From: Gemmatimonadota bacterium
GTDB taxonomy: Bacteria > Gemmatimonadota > Gemmatimonadetes > Gemmatimonadales > GWC2-71-9
Direction of reading: 5' to 3'
Assembly: GCA_003169895.1 (NCBI GenBank)
Contig: PNAE01000007.1
Span: forward strand, 1,135,222 to 1,199,221
Length of the DNA: 64,000 nucleotides
Shown here: positions 61,648 through 64,000 of the stretch, in pieces
How the letters are laid out: the number at the start of each line of letters is the position of its first letter
Position numbering within the stretch: the first letter of the stretch is position 1
Notes under the pieces: generated by a model
Seen by the model: only the letters and a program-made list of their open reading frames with translations
Database searches by the model: none
Told to the model about the DNA's origin: nothing
Translations under genes and position numbers: made by a program

Positions 61648-64000
61648 CTACTGTCTGCGCTCGCGTCGCGATGGTTCTGCGTTCACGCACACCGGCAGTG
61701 GCAACATCTGGCTCGCTGCCGAGATCGGCTTGATGCTGTTCTTCATCAGCATCGAGTTGAAGGTGACGAGGTCCTGGGTATTGATCGTCTGCCAATGCGT
61801 CAGGGCGCCCCGCAAATCGGAGCAGACCTGCCGCCACGCGTTGAGCTTCGAGGGATTTGGCGCCATGTCACCGGAGTCCATCACCTTGAGCTGGCCGTTG
61901 AGCGACACCAGCACGGCGCCTTCCTCAGCCTCGACGCCATTGAGCGCGGTGAAGTTGGGTGGGGCAGGAGGGCCACCTCCCGCGCGGCCGCCGCCACCGC
62001 GGCCGGCCGGTGGGGGGCCACCGGTCCCGCCGATCCGCACCAGCGCAGAATCGAACGCGGCCGCAGCGGCGGCCACGTCTGCCGGCGGATTGCGATGCAT
62101 CACGTCCGCAACCGCCGCGCGCATCGCGGCGACCTGCTGGTAGCCGGTCCAGCTCTCCCTGATCCCCGCGTAGAGTTTCATCTGCAAGTCGTGCTCTGCC
62201 TGCAAATCAGCTACCGAGGCCGGCGAATTGGGGTCCTTCTTCACCGTTACGGTCTGCGTGTATGGCGTGCCATCGACGGTGAGCTTGAGCGTGTACACGC
62301 CAGGAAGCGCGAGCGGACCTTCGGGTCCCCACGGCGTGTCACCGACAATCGCGCCGGTGACATGGGCCATGTAGTGGATGAACGCCGGCGGATCGTCGTA
62401 GCGGACGTTCCAACTGATGCGGTGCATGCCGATGTCGGTGGGCAGCGGGCGAGGGACATACATCCACATGTCGGGGATCGGTGGCGGCGGCTCGTTGACT
62501 GGAGGAATCTGGTCACTCGAGAAGTGGCGCACCAATCTGCCGGCCGCGTCCATCACGTCCAGGTCGATGTGCTTCGCCGGGACACTGAGGCTGTAGTAAA
62601 TCACCGCACCCAACGGTGGATTGTCGCCATGCGGGATTTCCGGCGGAAACGGCGTGCCAGTGTTGATGTTGCGCCGGACACGGATTGCGTCGCCTGGCTT
62701 GAACAAGTGCGCGGGCTCGGAAGCGATGGCCGGGCTCATCTGTCGGAGCGGTGAGAAGTCATCGAGAATCCAGATGCTTCGGCCGTACGTCGCCACCACG
62801 AGGTCGTTGTCCTTGACGACGATGTCGCGATACGACGTGTTGGGCAGGTTCAGCATCAACGATTGCCAGTCGTCGCCATCGTCGAAGGATACGTACATGG
62901 CGCTTTCCGTCCCCGCAAAGAGCAATCCCGCCTGTTTGGGGTCCGCGCGGATGACGCGAGCGTAGCTGCCGCTCACCTGATTGGCGGGCAGTCCATTCAC
63001 GATCTTCGTCCACGTCTTGCCATAGTCGTGCGTGCGATAGAAGGACGGCGTATTGTCGGCGATGCCGCGATTGATGGCTACATACGCACCGGCCGGGTCC
63101 TGGTACGACGCATCGATCGCCGACACGCCGCCGCCACGACCACCGCCCGGAATCTCGACGCCGGGTATGGACGCGTCGTCCCACGTCACGCCGTGATTCT
63201 TCGTCACCTTGACCAGGCCGTTGCTCGTTCCCACCCAGATGACGCCGGGCGCCACGTTTGACGTGGTGATCGCGTTGATGGTACCGCCGGCGCCACCGCC
63301 GCCAGGTGCGGCTGGAGCAGCACCGCGCGCCGGCGGCGTCATGCCTTTGGGAAGCCCGAGGTCCGGTGAGATCCGCTTCCAGTTCACGGCGCCATCGGTG
63401 GTCGAGTAGAGGTACTGGAAGCCGAGCAGCAGCTCGTGCGGGTTGGATCGGGAGAAGATCAATGGCTGGTCGCCGGTGCGGCGCAGTCCCAGACTCGTGT
63501 CGACGTTGGGCGACACGTCGACCCACTGATTGGTCGGCTTGGTGACTTTCACGATCCCCGCGGTGGAACCGACCATGTACAGGATGTTGGCGTTCAGCGG
63601 ATCGGGCGCGACGAAGCCATTCTCGTACGCGGGAGTGGGGTACCAATCGAGTGTCGTCACCGCACCAAGCTCGCCGCGGCTTCGAACGGCCACAGCGCAG
63701 GCATCCTGCTGGCTGCCGTAGATCCAGTAGGGCGACGAGTTATCAACGCCGATGTGGTAGATCTGCGCGGTTGGCTGGTTGTACCACGAGCTCCACGCCA
63801 GGCCGCCGTCCTGCGAGATGGTGCCGCCCTGGTCGTAGCCGAGGAACATCCGGTTGGCGTCGGTAGGATCGATCCACATCACCTGGGGGTCATCACCGCC
63901 GGGCGAGCAATGGAATCCGGTGAAATGACTGCCTCCATCGGTGGAGATATACGTGCAGGTGGCCAGTGTATAGACGATGTCGGGATTCTTGGAATTGACG
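61648..64000 (-). CDS. VPS10/sortilin-type BNR-repeat beta-propeller protein, paralog B (5' end beyond the window)
   Basis: Collinear with paralog A (TTDGAVNWK, THDYGKTWT, FDDGDDWQ). The reading frame stays open past the track start 63882 to the window edge (...STDGGSHFTGF...GGDDPQVMWIDP). Confidence 0.8.
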   Translation of the reverse strand, partial: VNSKNPDIVYTLATCTYISTDGGSHFTGFHCSPGGDDPQVMWIDPTDANRMFLGYDQGGTISQDGGLAWSSWYNQPTAQIYHIGVDNSSPYWIYGSQQDACAVAVRSRGELGAVTTLDWYPTPAYENGFVAPDPLNANILYMVGSTAGIVKVTKPTNQWVDVSPNVDTSLGLRRTGDQPLIFSRSNPHELLLGFQYLYSTTDGAVNWKRISPDLGLPKGMTPPARGAAPAAPGGGGAGGTINAITTSNVAPGVIWVGTSNGLVKVTKNHGVTWDDASIPGVEIPGGGRGGGVSAIDASYQDPAGAYVAINRGIADNTPSFYRTHDYGKTWTKIVNGLPANQVSGSYARVIRADPKQAGLLFAGTESAMYVSFDDGDDWQSLMLNLPNTSYRDIVVKDNDLVVATYGRSIWILDDFSPLRQMSPAIASEPAHLFKPGDAIRVRRNINTGTPFPPEIPHGDNPPLGAVIYYSLSVPAKHIDLDVMDAAGRLVRHFSSDQIPPVNEPPPPIPDMWMYVPRPLPTDIGMHRISWNVRYDDPPAFIHYMAHVTGAIVGDTPWGPEGPLALPGVYTLKLTVDGTPYTQTVTVKKDPNSPASVADLQAEHDLQMKLYAGIRESWTGYQQVAAMRAAVADVMHRNPPADVAAAAAAFDSALVRIGGTGGPPPAGRGGGGRAGGGPPAPPNFTALNGVEAEEGAVLVSLNGQLKVMDSGDMAPNPSKLNAWRQVCSDLRGALTHWQTINTQDLVTFNSMLMKNSIKPISAASQMLPLPVCVNAEPSRRERRQ

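Noticed and set aside
58741-62754. 590-aa and 583-aa plus-strand ORFs
   Set aside because: They are antisense to the two VPS10/BNR genes, are Arg/His-rich, and have no motifs.

Overview
High-GC bacterial chromosomal segment; the gene content suggests a Gemmatimonadota- or Acidobacteriota-like soil organism, which is inference only. About 55 protein genes can be supported and I found no rRNA, tRNA or CRISPR. Left to right: a rearranged exopolysaccharide locus (GT2, phosphodiesterase, GMC oxidoreductase, Wza, truncated Wzz, Big_2 protein, WecB). Next comes the most unusual region, a 4.4-kb tandem array of five Uma2/DUF820 putative nucleases, each with its own conserved promoter-like leader. Two copies are paired with a tail-anchored coiled-coil protein. 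A MazEF module and a PEP-CTERM protein follow. The rest is mostly housekeeping: Cho-like UvrC, mutM, purD, M48 peptidase, transsulfuration enzyme, orphan DNA methyltransferase, HD-GYP regulator, PGM/glmS, dtd, maf, trpE, engB-clpX-clpP-tig, M1 peptidase, DsbD/TlpA. There is also an orphan GspE/PilB-type ATPase fused to a C-terminal receiver domain. The right end holds GH3, a transglutaminase-like protein and two VPS10/BNR paralogs. Two intergenic repeat families recur: REP-like GTCAYCCTGAGCG palindromes, and inverted repeats whose arms are tandem heptamers. A 660-bp repeat-dense non-coding region lies at 47.9-48.5 kb. Many long antisense shadow ORFs were rejected. All calls rest on motif recognition by eye; no searches were run.
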